Positions 1 to 13,100 of a stretch of DNA of 64,000 nucleotides are shown piece by piece. Position 1 is the stretch's first letter; each line of letters starts with the position of its first letter. The stretch is from Octopus vulgaris (lineage: Eukaryota). Location of the stretch: NCBI GenBank assembly GCA_951406725.2, contig OX597818.1:20956001-21020000 (forward strand). The letters run 5' to 3'. Both the position numbers and the translations under genes were made by a program. The notes below the pieces were generated by a model, which worked only from the letters and a program-made list of their open reading frames with translations, ran no database searches and was not told the origin of the DNA.

Positions 1-619
1 CGAGGTTGAAAAAAATACCCCAGAAAAAAAATGTACTGATGGTATTTATATAATTCACTACTATTTTGCTACAATGTCATGAAAAAGAAAAAATTTAGGT
101 ATGTAAATCGAATTCGCCACCCCCTTTTCCCCGTTCGCGTTTGTGTAAAAAAAATTATTATTTAAGTTTTAAAAATTATTTACTGTGTTCAAAAAATATT
201 AATATTAATTAATTTTCAAGAATTATTTAATTTTATTCTGTAAAATAGTAATTAATTCATTTATCTGTAAATCCGCGAGGTTGTTACTCAGGCACCTAGA
301 ATGGTAACCTTCAACTAACACTATCTCCTCCGAGACCCTGCGGCGCAAGTTGACCAAAATTGAGAGTATGGTAGAAGAAGGGTTGCTCTTCCTTCCGTAG
401 AACATAAAATTCAAATCGGACCATGTTAACACCAAAAATTATTTACATCAAAAAGATGCTTTTTTCTATGAAAATCCCTATTTTTTACGATTTTTTCACT
501 GCTGTGTCGCCACTTTTCGGTGTATTTCGACCAGAAAAATGTTCACAAAATTTTTACTTTTCAAAATTACAATTCCAGCGGGTCGAAACAAACCCGAGCA
601 ACGCCAGGCGATACTGCTA

Positions 620-620
<1 letters not shown>
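1..620 (+). mobile_element. Non-autonomous Helitron-like element, 3' end
   Basis: Imperfect GC hairpin CCCGAGCAACGCCAGG (593-608) followed by CTAG (617-620) and T of a (TA)n run: the canonical Helitron 3' signature. The 5' limit is uncertain. Confidence 0.65.
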
Positions 621-661
<41 letters not shown>

Positions 662-796
662 GATCTCAGACATAATTCCATGTATACTAACAGAAATGTT
701 CCATACAATACATTTACTACAGCCATCTGATATGTCAATCATTTTATCGTTCTTTACTTTTAATGATGAGAAAAAAAAATATGTCGGTTGTTTCAG

Positions 797-949
797 GTAT
801 GGAACTTCCAAAATGGACATAACCTACATAAACTGGAACCGGTCGCAGATGCTGATGTCACTGGTCTTTTAGCCCTCAATGACCGTAAAGTTATTCTTGC
901 TGTTGGCTGGAGTCGTTTAATTACTCTGTACGACGATTCGGATCCAGAC
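797..949 (+). CDS. WD40-repeat protein (WDR49/CFAP337, WDY, WDR95-like), internal exon A
   Basis: tttcag|GTATGG...CCAGAC|gtaaat; 153 nt, phase 0/0; VWNFQNGHNLHKLEPVADADVTGLLALNDRKVILAVGWSRLITLYDDSDPD is WD40-like. Upstream exons lie outside the window. Confidence 0.9.
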
Positions 950-986
950 GTAAATAGAAGTTCTTTTTACTTATATTCATATATTT

Positions 987-1017
<31 letters not shown>

Positions 1018-1558
1018 TTGTGAATGTACAATCAAAAGTCCAGGGAAAAGAGAAAGTTTATGGTGAATTAATGCAGAACTTACAGCTCTTGTACCCTGAC
1101 TATGAATTCTCATTTGTATCTATCATCATTAGGTTATGTACCTGCAAATCTGCACAAAAACCTTGAAATACTTGGTTTCACAGAGAAAGCAAAAGAAATT
1201 AATGAGGATTCTCCAGATCCAATCTATCAGTGGCACGATGAGGATTTGTGAGACATTCCAAAGATTCTCTATCTGAGATTCTTATGTGACTAGATGCACA
1301 CACTTGGGTGCATGCATCGACAGTTCAACCAACACACCAATTCAACCACATATTTACAAACACCAGCATCTCGCTTAACTCTTTTGCCAACATCCCCTCA
1401 CAAGGCTTTGGTAAGCCCAGAACTATAGTAGAAAACACTTGCCCTAGGTACCATGTAGTGGGACTGAACCTAGAACCTGATTGGAAAGCAAGTTTCTTAA
1501 ACATGCAACCACTCCTGAAATTCCAAACATAAATCTTTCTCATTCTCTTTCTCTCTCT

Positions 1559-1602
<44 letters not shown>

Positions 1603-1605
1603 GTA

Positions 1606-1636
<31 letters not shown>

Positions 1637-1864
1637 TTGTATCTCTCTCTTTCTCTTTCTCACTTTCTCATACACACATACATCCACACACTTTCTCTCA
1701 CACTTACTCACACTCTTTATCACCTAAACTTTACATATTCACTTATTTCTTTTGGTCCACTCTCTCTCTCACTCTCTCCCTCTCTCCCTCTCTCCCTTCT
1801 CTCCCTTCTCTCCCCCCTCTATTCCTCTCTCTCTTTTCTACAGTCTCTTTCTCTTTCTCTACAG

Positions 1865-2052
1865 AATATGTATGTAACTGCAGATTTATCATGGAGAGGT
1901 GGCCAGTTACACAAAGATGACATCTCCGCTATGGACCACTGTCCACCCAACTTGTTGGCAACTGCCAGTTTTGATGGAATTGTATATATTTGGAAACTAG
2001 AGACGGAAAAACTCCTCATGAAGATAATTCACCAAAATGATGGAAACAACTT
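1865..2052 (+). CDS. WD40 gene exon B
   Basis: Long CT tract then ctacag|AATATG...AACTT|gtgagt; 188 nt, phase 0/2; NMYVTADLSWRGGQLHKDDISAMDHCPPNLLATASFDGIVYIWKLETEK is a classic WD repeat. Confidence 0.92.
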
Positions 2053-2183
2053 GTGAGTGGCATTGATCTTTTACATTTTTTTACTGGTTTAATTCATCAG
2101 ACTTACCCCATACTGGAGCACTGCTTTCTAAGATTTTTAATCTATGATATATAGAGGAAGAGCGATAGATAAATATATCAATA

Positions 2184-2347
2184 CCATCATCATCATTTAA
2201 TGCCCCTTTTCCATGCTGGCATGGGTTGAATGGTTTGACAGGAGCGGACAAGCCAGAGGACTGCACCAGGCTTTACTAGTACAGGATTTTATGGCTAGAT
2301 GCCCTTCCTAATGCTAACCACCTTACCGAGTGGACTGGGTGCTTTAC
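2184..2347 (-). mobile_element. RTE-tail retroposon (SINE or LINE 3' end) with (GAT)n tail
   Basis: Reverse complement matches the 27961-28181 copy (AACCCATGCCAGCATGGAA...TTAAATGATGATG); a further partial copy is at 14212-14345. Confidence 0.7.
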
Positions 2348-2349
2348 AT

Positions 2350-3450
2350 AAATATATATACCTGATGGAAAGAGAGTATTATCTTCTTTCTTATTAACAA
2401 CAACTTAGCTAGGTTATCTTTAAGACCCTTTGATTCCATGTTTTGTTTTGATATCTGGAATTTCTTCTCCAATTCTGCTAAAGATTCTGCAATAAGAGCT
2501 GGGTCATCTGCAGTAAGAGCAAGCATATAGCAGTTCCCACAGGCACCCAGTTTTGAATTCCTCTGTTATGACCTGGAGGACTATAATGAATAAGAGTGGA
2601 CTGAGAATTGATCCATAGTGAACCCCTACTTATATGCTAAATTCATTACTGTATTCATGGCTGACTCTTACCTCACTGATTCCAGGTTTTGTTTCGATAT
2701 CTGGAATTTCTTCTCCAATTCTGCTAAAGATTCTGCAATAAGAGCAGGGTCATCTGCAGTAAGAACAAGCATATAGCAGTTCCCACAGGCACCCAGTTTT
2801 GAATTCCTCTATTATGACCTGGAGGACTATAATGAATAAGAGTGTACATGGGTTGTACTGCTCTAACTTCCTTAGGGACCACCATATAACAGAGCAGGGA
2901 ACTCTGTCAAAAGCTTTCTCCAGATTGACAAAGGCTAAGTATAATGGCTTACTTTTGGCCGAGTACTTTTCTTGCAGCTGTCTCACTAGGAAGATGGCAT
3001 CTGTGGTACTCTTCCCAGGTACAAAACCAAACTGCATCTCATCTAATTTAATTCTATTTCTAATCAATTGAGCTATAACCCTCTCAGTAACTTTCATGAC
3101 TTGGTCTAGTAATTTAATACCTCTGTAGTTCTTTCTATCTAAGGCATCACCTTTATCCTTATAGCAGCTAACTATAATAGTACTACACCAGTCATTGGCG
3201 ATGGTGCCTTCCTGAATAACCTGATTAACTATACGGGTGACAAAGCTGTATCCTATACCACCAGAAATTTTAATCATCTCGGCAGTGATTCCTGATGGCT
3301 CAGGGACTTTCTTTGTCTTCATGTCCTTAATTGCCTTATCTGTTATGCTGCTATCAACTCTGATGGCTGGTCCCTCAGTTGGTTTGATATTTGGTAGACT
3401 CTCATTCTCCCATTCATTTTCCACATTTAATAACCTTTCATAGTGACACT
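2350..3450 (-). mobile_element. RTE-clade LINE fragment (reverse transcriptase), decayed
   Basis: ORF 2750-3424 has KGDALDRKNYRGIKLL, QFGFVPGKSTTDAIFLVRQLQEKY and AFVNLEKAFDRVP. It is frameshifted and carries an internal duplication. Confidence 0.9.
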
Positions 3451-3496
3451 TCCATGTGTCTTAGTGACTCAGAGGAGTCACTAAAGTGCAAGCATA

Positions 3497-3634
<138 letters not shown>

Positions 3635-3693
3635 CATACTTTCCAAAATGCAACATACAGTATATGCAAGATCTTTGAAACCATTCCTTGCAG

Positions 3694-3827
3694 GCAACCA
3701 ATTCCTGTAGATGTTGTCATGTTTTTAAAGTACAGAGCTTTGAAGTTCAGAGATGCTGCAACACTTATTTCTAGTGTCTCTGGAAACTTCCATTGGTGGA
3801 ATATAGCGACAGAATCTATAGAATTTG
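3694..3827 (+). CDS. WD40 gene exon C (not in ORF track)
   Basis: ccttgcag|GCAACCA...TTTG|gtaagt; 134 nt, phase 2/1 fits both neighbours; QPIPVDVVMFLKYRALKFRDAATLISSVSGNFHWWNIATESIEF. Confidence 0.88.
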
Positions 3828-3957
3828 GTAAGTAAATATTTGATAATACATAATTAATGTATGATGATATATGATTTTGGTGGAATATCAACTGTTCTGT
3901 TTTCACGACAGTTATTTGTGTGAGTGTGCGTGTGTGTGTGTATGTGTGTGTGTGTGT

Positions 3958-4002
<45 letters not shown>

Positions 4003-4003
<1 letters not shown>

Positions 4004-4195
4004 ATCATTGTCTTCATCACTGTCATCATAATCATCATCATCATTGTCGTCGTTGTCATCAGCGTCGTCATCAGCTTCATCATAATCATCATCATCGTCG
4101 TTGTCATCGTCGTCATCAGCTTCATCATCATCATCATCATCATCATAATCATCATCGTCGTTGTCATTGTTGTCATCATCGTCGTCATCATCAGC

Positions 4196-4227
<32 letters not shown>

Positions 4228-4330
4228 TATAATCATCATCATCATCCTTGTCATCATCATTATCAACATCATCATTGTTGTTGTCATCATCGTTGTCATT
4301 ATCATCATCATCATCAGCAGCAGCAGCATT
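4003..4330. repeat. Degenerate (CAT)n microsatellite
   Basis: CAT/CGT/TGT triplets next to (GT)n; intronic. Confidence 0.95.
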
Positions 4331-4594
4331 ATTTTAGCATCCACTTTCCCTTATTTCCATGAGTCAGACAGATTTTATCGAGGTAGATTGTCTATAGTCA
4401 GATGCTCTTGCTGCTGCCAATCTTCAACTGTTTTCCATACAAGGTAATATTTCCCCATAGCCAGACATGTTTTCACAGAATATTGGAAATGAAGGACATT
4501 GCTAGTATGATAACAAACTCATTTGCAACTACCACGCACTGTCTTGAAAAGGAGTCACAAACAAACACATTCAAACACACACACACACATACAA

Positions 4595-4629
<35 letters not shown>

Positions 4630-5698
4630 AAATACACACATACATTCACACGCACATACATGCACATGCACACACATGAAAAGGAGTTACATACGAACAC
4701 ACTGATACACACACACATAACACACACATAAAATACACACACACACACGCATAACAAGCTTCTTTCGGCTTCTATCTACCAAATCCACTCACAAATCCAC
4801 TCACATGCTCAAGGTGTTATGTAGTGGGACTGAACCCAGAACCATGTGGTTGGAAAGGAAACTTCTTACCACACAGCCACAACTGCACCTATATTGTTTC
4901 TTACAACTAAACCTTTTTTTTATATCATGATGCAAGTTTCATGCCATCACAATAGTCAGGTGAGAAGTTTTCTTTGTGTATTTGAAACTATACATTAAAG
5001 CAAGGTCATTCTCTTATGTGTGGCTATCCTTTTCATTGGATGCTTTCTAAATGGAGTCTTATAAGATGTTGTATATTGTTGCTGTTGTTTCATTTGCCAA
5101 TCTGTTGCTTGTTCTATTTTTCAGTGGTAAGAATCACTAATGTTTATCTGTAAAGGATTTTTCAGTTTTCTAAGAGTTTTTTTTTTTTTTCTTTTTCTAT
5201 AATTCTCCTATTTTACATAATTCACTATTTCATTATCTGTAAATCGTTTTCCATTTCTGAGTTTCTATTAACAGGGTTATTTGTGGCTCAAAAGACATGT
5301 TTTTATTTACTTGTGCAACTGTAGTTAACATTTTGTTTGTTTCTATTGAATATCTTGCAGTATCTAAAGTCAATTATGCAGTGTCTTTCCTTATTTGTGT
5401 TGGGAAGTTCTTAGCCACATTTGCTCATGAACCATAAACCAAACAAAGCTATATATAAATATATATAGTGTTGATAGGGAAAATCCCACTTGTTTCCTCT
5501 TGAAACATATCAGGTTATTCCATTATTACAAACCAATTTGTAGTCTCAGTTGCTGATGTATGTTAGGTCAAAAGGCATATTAAAATTGAGAGTTATGGAA
5601 ATATTATTTGCAAAGTTATTGTATAACAAAACATGAATTTTGAAATTTCCAGTTTAGTTATATATATATATATATCAAAAATTATCTCTCCTTGTCAG

Positions 5699-5844
5699 GC
5701 AGATGTTTAATGGCTGAAAATATTGGCGACTCAGTGGTTGGAATGTGCACCAGTACAGATGATCAAATTCTAGTGACAGCTGACTCTTCAGGCTTCATCA
5801 AGGTTTTCGACATACAAGATTATTGCATGACTAAAAGCCAACAC
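5699..5844 (+). CDS. WD40 gene exon D
   Basis: ttgtcag|GCAGA...CAACAC|gtgagt; 146 nt, phase 1/0; RCLMAENIGDSVVGMCTSTDDQILVTADSSGFIKVFDIQDYCMTKSQH. Confidence 0.92.
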
Positions 5845-8800
5845 GTGAGTAAAGCCCCACAACACATAATGTGTGGGTGTTGTTATTCTTTGATTGCCAC
5901 TACCACCACTACCATCACCATGCCCACCACCACTACTACATACTATCTATAATACCTACCTCCACTACTATCACTATCATTACCCACCTTCTCCACCAAT
6001 ACTGCCTCTTTTTGTCATGTCACCACATTCAATACTTAAATCTCAATAACATTTTTAACAGAAATATCAGCTGCAACTATTCCTGACATCCACACCACCA
6101 CTAATTCCAAACAACCAAACAAGCAGCGGTGGGGGACAAATACTGACACAAAGATACAGGTACATGTGCATGTGTATGTGTGTGTGTGTATGTGTGTGTG
6201 TGTGTGCGTGTGTGTGTGTGCATGCGCGTGCATGTATTACAGGCTTCTTTCAATTTCTGCCTGCCAAATCCACTCACAAGGCTTTGGTCAATCCAAGACT
6301 ATAGTAGAAGACACAACCATAACTTTATTCCAATCACTGCCACCATCCTAACCCTAATCTTAACATCAATAATGCTATTACACCATCACTGTCTGGCCTT
6401 TATACCAGGCATTGGCAACCTTTTGCAAGAAGTGTAGCCAATAAGATATGGGGCTCATCATCAGGGGGTCTGCACTGCTAAAAAAAAAAGACTCAAGGTA
6501 ATTTTTCTTCAGGCAAGTTCCATGGGCCACAGTTTGCCCATGACAGATCTCTGTTATTACCTTTCCCACTATAACACAACTTCCAGCATATCACCAATCA
6601 TTATCAAGCATTGAGGGCAACTTGATGTAATTGCTCAGCCTTTTAGAAACAGCAGCTAAATCCTCTTTAAAACAATATCCTTCTCCTCTTCCTCCAACTA
6701 CTACTACTCATTATCATCATCAACATTGTCATCATCGTTTTTCAGTTGGTTTTTCTGTGTTGGCATGTGTTGAGTAGGTCCTACTGTGACAAGCTACTCA
6801 GCAGAGTCTTTTATCATCTGGCATGCACAACATCAGAGAAAACTAACCATCCTTGTTATTGGTGCATATACCATAGGTTGTTTTTTGGTTTTGACATTTT
6901 TGTTTTACAGTTGGATGTCATTCATATCACCAACCACTTAGCAATGTCAGGTGCATTTTATCATACCACTGTAACAAAGGTTGTTTTTTTTTTCTATGTT
7001 GGAACATAAGTTATTTTGTAACATCAGTAGGAAAGGTGTTCATGCAATGCAATTAATGGAAACAGTAAGATGAAATGGCGTAATATGACATGCAAGGAAA
7101 GTGTCTGTTTGAAATTTAACAATGGGGATGGTTTTTACATATCAAGTAAATAGTCAGGTGTTATGTCATGTTTTCTTCTTCAATTATCCTCAATTAAATA
7201 TGCAGCTGTGACAACAGCTATAAAGAGGGTGTAATTGAAACTTGACCCAAGGCACTCAGAAATTGGCTCTGACGTCTGTGACACTGGGAAATTGGCAGCT
7301 TTATTGACTGTATTTACAGGCTTTGCTCACAGAAAGTTCTAGATGAGCTACCAAACTATCACATGAACAACAGCTGTTCATTGGATAAAATCTCATTTGC
7401 GTACATGATCAAACTGTGATTGAATTGTGGTTTGAGATTCATATGTGGCAAAATACAGGATCAAATCCAATGCTACACTACCAACATAAAAGAGATTGCT
7501 CATAACAGGACAACTAAGTTTCTCCAACTCTACAGTTGTCTTACTGTTTTTATTTTATTGCTCAATAGCTTTGTTCAGAATACATAACTTCGTCAATAAG
7601 TAGCCTTTGTTAGAGTTGAAAAGCCTTATGTCTCATCTTTTACTACAAAGAGGTTTAATGGGTAATGAAAGACTGTTAGATATACCTTAAAATGGACACA
7701 TTTGATGATGTAATCGAAGGTACACAATGCCTGAAAAAAGAAAAGATAGGACGGGCATTATTGGAATGCCTTTGATCATAAATGTACTCAGTCAGGGATA
7801 ACTTAGGGCTTGACAGTAGCAATAAACAAAACCAGCTCTATAAAATGGCTTGGACTTTATGAGTTGATGCCATGTCACTACTGACAGATAAGAGGGTCAG
7901 TTGTATGTATTGTTTCACCAAAACTGTCTCCATGACCTATTTAATGTATTAGCTTCTTCAGAGTGAGTCACAAAGAATAGTTCTGGATTAACCCTTAAAC
8001 AATATAAGCACATGCAAACGCTAGCACTCCAGACGAAATGCTTAGCGGTGTTTTGTCTGTCTTTACATTCTGAGTTCAAATTCTGCCAAGGTCAACTTTG
8101 CCTTTCTTCCTTTTGGGTTCAATAAATAAAAGTACCAGTTGCATACTGGAGTCCTCTCCCACAAAATTTCAGGCCTTGTGCTTAGAGTAGAAAATAATAT
8201 AAGCACATGCAAAGGGAAAGAGGCACCACAAAGTTTTTTCCATGGTATAAATGGTATAATAACAGCTTTTATTTTTTTATTAAAGAATGTGTTGAAAATT
8301 TACACTTTCCTGTTGTCCTAATTATAAGTAAATAATTTGCTTACTTAATTAATTTTAAAAAACAGATCAGTTTTAATATGCATATGAGTCTGACTGATGA
8401 AATATTCCAGAAAACTAAATTTTTAATATAGTATTTCACATACAGCACTTATTTTTTAAGATTTTTTCAGTTAAATAACAGAAGTGTCTGGAGGCATCAT
8501 TTTTTGTGCTGTGCCTAGAATAAAATTTAGCCTCAGTCTGATCCTAATAAAGACATATATTATTTTTAACCCATTTCATATCAACACACCTGAGATTACT
8601 TTTGATTCTGGGTCAGATCAGGAAAATCCTGATACTGGTACATGTAACCCAGTACTACTTGTTTCATGGTTGGGTGGCCAGGGACTAAACTGGCTCTTCA
8701 CCTGGCATGTCAGGTGAGGAAGGTGTGGACACCCTACAAGACTTAAATTAAAATCTGTTAAAGGTCAGATGAATTCATTGTGGGCCAAGAGCCACCCACT

Positions 8801-8895
8801 TAAGTGGTGTCTCATAAAATCATTCTGCACATAGGCTAGCAAACTGTGCAGCCTGATCTAAAACTATAGCCAAGAAAACTCCTATGGCCATACTA

Positions 8896-9469
8896 TTGGG
8901 TTGTCCGGAAAGTTCGTGCCGATTTTTAAAGAAAAGAAAAAGGTCAATAAATACTTGCCATTACCCAAGCTTTACCAGGTGCTCATGAAGGACGGATTTT
9001 GATAGGTTGAGGCTTTCTGCTAATTCTCGGGTTGCGCTATGTGGGTTATTCTCAATTAATGACTTGATTTGGTCATCATCTGTAGTAGATCGTCTACCTA
9101 ATTTCTCTTTATCAATAAGGCTACAATCTCCAGCCCAGAACCTTGCAAACTACTTCTGTACATTTCTTTCAGATAAAGAAACATCACCGTAAGCTGCACA
9201 TATTTCTTTGGTTACTTGTGAGGCATTTTTCCCTTTACAGAAAAAGAAAAGCATCAAGTGCTGAAAATGAACTTTCTTATCTTCCATTTTAAAGGGTTAC
9301 AGAATTAACACAGGTTATAGGAACATAAACCTTCTTCCACGAAAAGATAGCTTAAACTGTGCTCTAAATGGAGGTGTTGTCAAATCCTATTTTATGGACT
9401 CAAACATGTTCTAAAATAAGCCGAAAGGTAAGCTACTATAAATCGGCACGAACTTTCAGGACAACCCAA
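8896..9469 (-). mobile_element. Internally deleted mariner element
   Basis: TIRs TTGGGTTGTCCGGAAAGTTCGTGCCGATT / AATCGGCACGAACTTTCAGGACAACCCAA with TA flanks. The minus strand from 9287 gives a mariner HTH N-terminus, MEDKKVHFQHLMLFFFCKGKNASQVTKEICAAYGD..., with a stop and no catalytic domain. Confidence 0.9.
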
Positions 9470-9545
9470 TATGTTCATAAGTTAGGGGCTAACATCCCCA
9501 AGTGATGTGGTATAGTGTGAGAAGATCTTCATACTTAACCATTTA

Positions 9546-9977
9546 CCATTTAACCTTTTAGCATTTAAACTAGCCATATCCAGCAGATATATTCTATATT
9601 TTTATATTCAAACTGGCCAAGTCTCTCCTCTCTTATCATTTACTTTACAATATCATACTAAAAATACACAAGCACATCATGAAAATCTTGAAGCTTTGAG
9701 AGAATGCATGATTAATTTAAAACAATGTGAATAAATAAGCATTACATTTCACAAAGAAATCTGAATGTTAAACTGACCATATCCAGTCCAAATACTCTAT
9801 GTTTTATGTTCAAACTGGCCAGATCCAGCATTTCACACCTACTCTATAATGTTATTCTAAAAATAAATAGTCACATCATCAATATCTCAAAGCTACAAGA
9901 TAATATATGATTAATTCAAAATGATGTGAATAAGTAAGCGTTACATTTGATAATGTAATCTTAAAGCCAAAGGGTTA
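9546..9977. mobile_element. TTAA-flanked piggyBac-like MITE with internal tandem duplication
   Basis: Ends are TTAACCTTTTAGC ... GCCAAAGGGTTAA; about 210 bp (9563-9772) is repeated at 9770-9975. Confidence 0.6.
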
Positions 9978-10341
9978 AATCAAAGCTTTTCGTCATAATC
10001 TTATGTAGGAAAACTTCATAAAGTTATATTCTAAAAATCAGTTTTAATTAATAATGGCAAAATTTAGTTATTTTCACTGAATTCTTCCAATTCTTGATTA
10101 TTTTCAATTTTAATTAAAATGCATGGTAGTGTATTTCATTAGAAATATGTTCACAATGGGGTTAAAGGAAGAAACAGCTTCCAGCAGAAATTAAAATGGC
10201 ATTATACAGAGAAATCAACAGGAGATAACCCCTCAACGTATGACATTCAACATAAAGAAATGCAGAATATATTAACACTAAAAGCAATGCTAAATATACA
10301 GGAAGCACATCCTGTTATCAGGCCAGTTGTGCTACAGATAA

Positions 10342-10376
<35 letters not shown>

Positions 10377-10798
10377 AGCAATTGCAGATGTGTTTTTTTT
10401 TTTAACAAGATGATTATCAACAACAAAAACAACTACAGAATAGGAAATATTAAAGTGTTCTCTAAAATTTTAATGGATTTTGAATCTATGTGATTGCATG
10501 TTTTATATATTTCAATATGTGTATGTTGTGTGCATGTGTGTGTGTGTGTTTAAATATATGTATGTATGTGCATGTGTGTGTATGTATGTATGTATGTATG
10601 TATGTTTGTATGTATGTATGTATGTATGTATGTATTTATTTATGTATATATATATATGTGCGTGTGTATGTGTGTAAGTGTATATATGTATCTACACACA
10701 CACACATACATACACACACACATACATAAACACACACACACACAAATATATATGTATATGAAAGAATGTATACATGTGTGTGAATATGTGTGTTTGTG

Positions 10799-10849
<51 letters not shown>

Positions 10850-10924
10850 GTGCTTCCTATGTATTTAAACTTCACACAACCACCACTATTACAACTAAAG
10901 ATGCTGCAATTATCTTTACTGAAC

Positions 10925-10968
<44 letters not shown>

Positions 10969-11269
10969 GATGATGATAATGATGACAATGTCTTTTATTT
11001 GGTACTGGGGCATCAGATGAAAGAGGCATTACAAGGACAGTTTACAATTTGTATGGAGTTTTACATAAAAGATGAGGGAAAGATAGAGATAAGAGGGGGA
11101 AATGAGATGAAAAGTATACATAGTAGACAATATATCAGAACACATCTATGATGCAGCCCTCTTGATACAGGAAAACCTCTAACTTGAGCCACTCGTGGAA
11201 CCCTACATATCCAGGATCACTCTGACCACCAAAGGTATAAGCCCCTGTCTAACTGTTGTTCTGCTATCT

Positions 11270-13100
11270 ACAAGCACATGCTTAGAGTAAGTCCATTCAC
11301 CCTAAGTATTCTTGCCACAGTCATCCACCTTTTGGCAAAATTCACTGGGGGAAATCTCTTCTACCTCCACTTCCACTTTCCTTTTCAAGTAGAATATAAT
11401 AAAAGTTGATGCAAGCTAACATAGAACTTCCACTAGCTACATTGCCTGCTTTATAGAGTTTGGTGAGTGCCTCCTGACATTCCAGTACCAGGTATCCAGG
11501 TTTGGTCTTTTCTCAACTCATGACTGCAACTTCGTCAAAGAGATGAATGGTAGAAAAATGTGTCGTATAAACAGAGATCACATCAGGTCACAAACCAGGA
11601 AAATCTACAGCTGGTGCAGCTTCTATCTGTCTATACATCAATGGCCACAGCATGCTGGGCCCGCCTTCCAGAAAGTTCTGGTAAGAGATGAAATGTGTGT
11701 TCTTTCCAAAGGAAGGACTATAGACACTCCAATCTGGCCAAATGAGGACTAGAACAAAGCACAATGGTTAGGTGTTCAATGGCTCTCCCAATGCTGAGCC
11801 ACAAACTCACCAACTTGTCAGGATTTGTCTATGCTTCCACCATTGCCTTATATTCCTTTAGAATGGAATCAACTCCTTGCACACCCATAATATCCTAGAT
11901 TGTTATGATAATGTCCTCCACATATACCAACACAGCTCTCCTGCATCCCAGCTCAAAAGTGATGCACTTCAAGAGTTCTAGCTTCCACAGCAAAGGCTAG
12001 TACATATAGAAGAGATGAGAGATAACAATCCCTAACAGACTGAGCACATGATATGAAATGGTTCTGGAAGGTGACCACCAAGCAAGTACTACTCTGCATT
12101 GCTGCAATCCAATCCCTGAAAACAGGTTCTGAAACTAGCTACTTTTAAGACTGCCACCAAGTAGTGACAGTCAATCAAATCGAAATGTTTTAACTGATCC
12201 AAATAGTTCAGGAATGCATCAATGCCAGATTACTTACCTGCCCTCACTATGATGTATCGCATGAAGTGGAGTTGTTGGAGATGGATCTTGTGAGGATTAT
12301 GCGTGTTTGTACTTCCCTGCCTAAACCACTAATGACAAATGCCAACCTCCTTGCCAACACTTTGGCCAAAATCTTAAACTCTGCATTTGGCAGGGTTATG
12401 TGTTAGAAATTGTTAATAGTAGCCTGTTTAGTAGCCTGTTAGTAGCTAATCAGTTTAAATTGTGGATGCCCAGTGTTATCTCTGTCAGTTGGCTTAATGA
12501 ATATTCTAAGCAGAATCTGGAAGGCCCATTGTGGTTTCTCCAATTTCCCAATGGCACATTAAGGAAATTCAATTGACCAGTTGGAAACTTCCAAGTAGAT
12601 TTTCATGGTTTTTGTATCCCTTTTTATAGGTTAACCTTACACAATCCCACAGTGCATCTAAAATACAATTCCAATCCACCACTGGTACTAAAAGAGCAGA
12701 ACCTTTCTTGGAAGGTTTCTACATATCTAAAGAAGTCTGGCTGCCCTACCCCAGTGGGTGTATAGATGACCACTTGTCTAAAAGCATTGCTTTTATAGTC
12801 ATTTATATCCAGTACCACTGACTTACATCCCAGATCCAGGAAGAGTATCTGTACTGCTAAACACAATTGTTTCCAGAAAAACCCTGCTGTTCCACTGCCT
12901 GATTCCATCAGACCACATGATGGGTATGTCTTTTAATTTTCAAAACTGGGGCTGGATGCTTGCATTCCAGAAATTATGGTTTTCATAATGGCTACCACAT
13001 CTAGACCAAGTTATCTGAGGTTGTTGGACAAGTGATCTTGCTTTCATGCTAACCCCAGACTATGTGCATTTACACATTCTACTCTGAGTAACATATTGAA
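11270..13100 (-). mobile_element. Old, heavily decayed Tx1/L1-clade LINE
   Basis: Endonuclease-like remnant (RQVVIYTPTGVGQPDFF, 12624-12908); RT-start remnant near 12340-12420 (ITL.NAEFKILAKVLARRL); 11330-11400 resembles 23640-23705. Confidence 0.7.
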
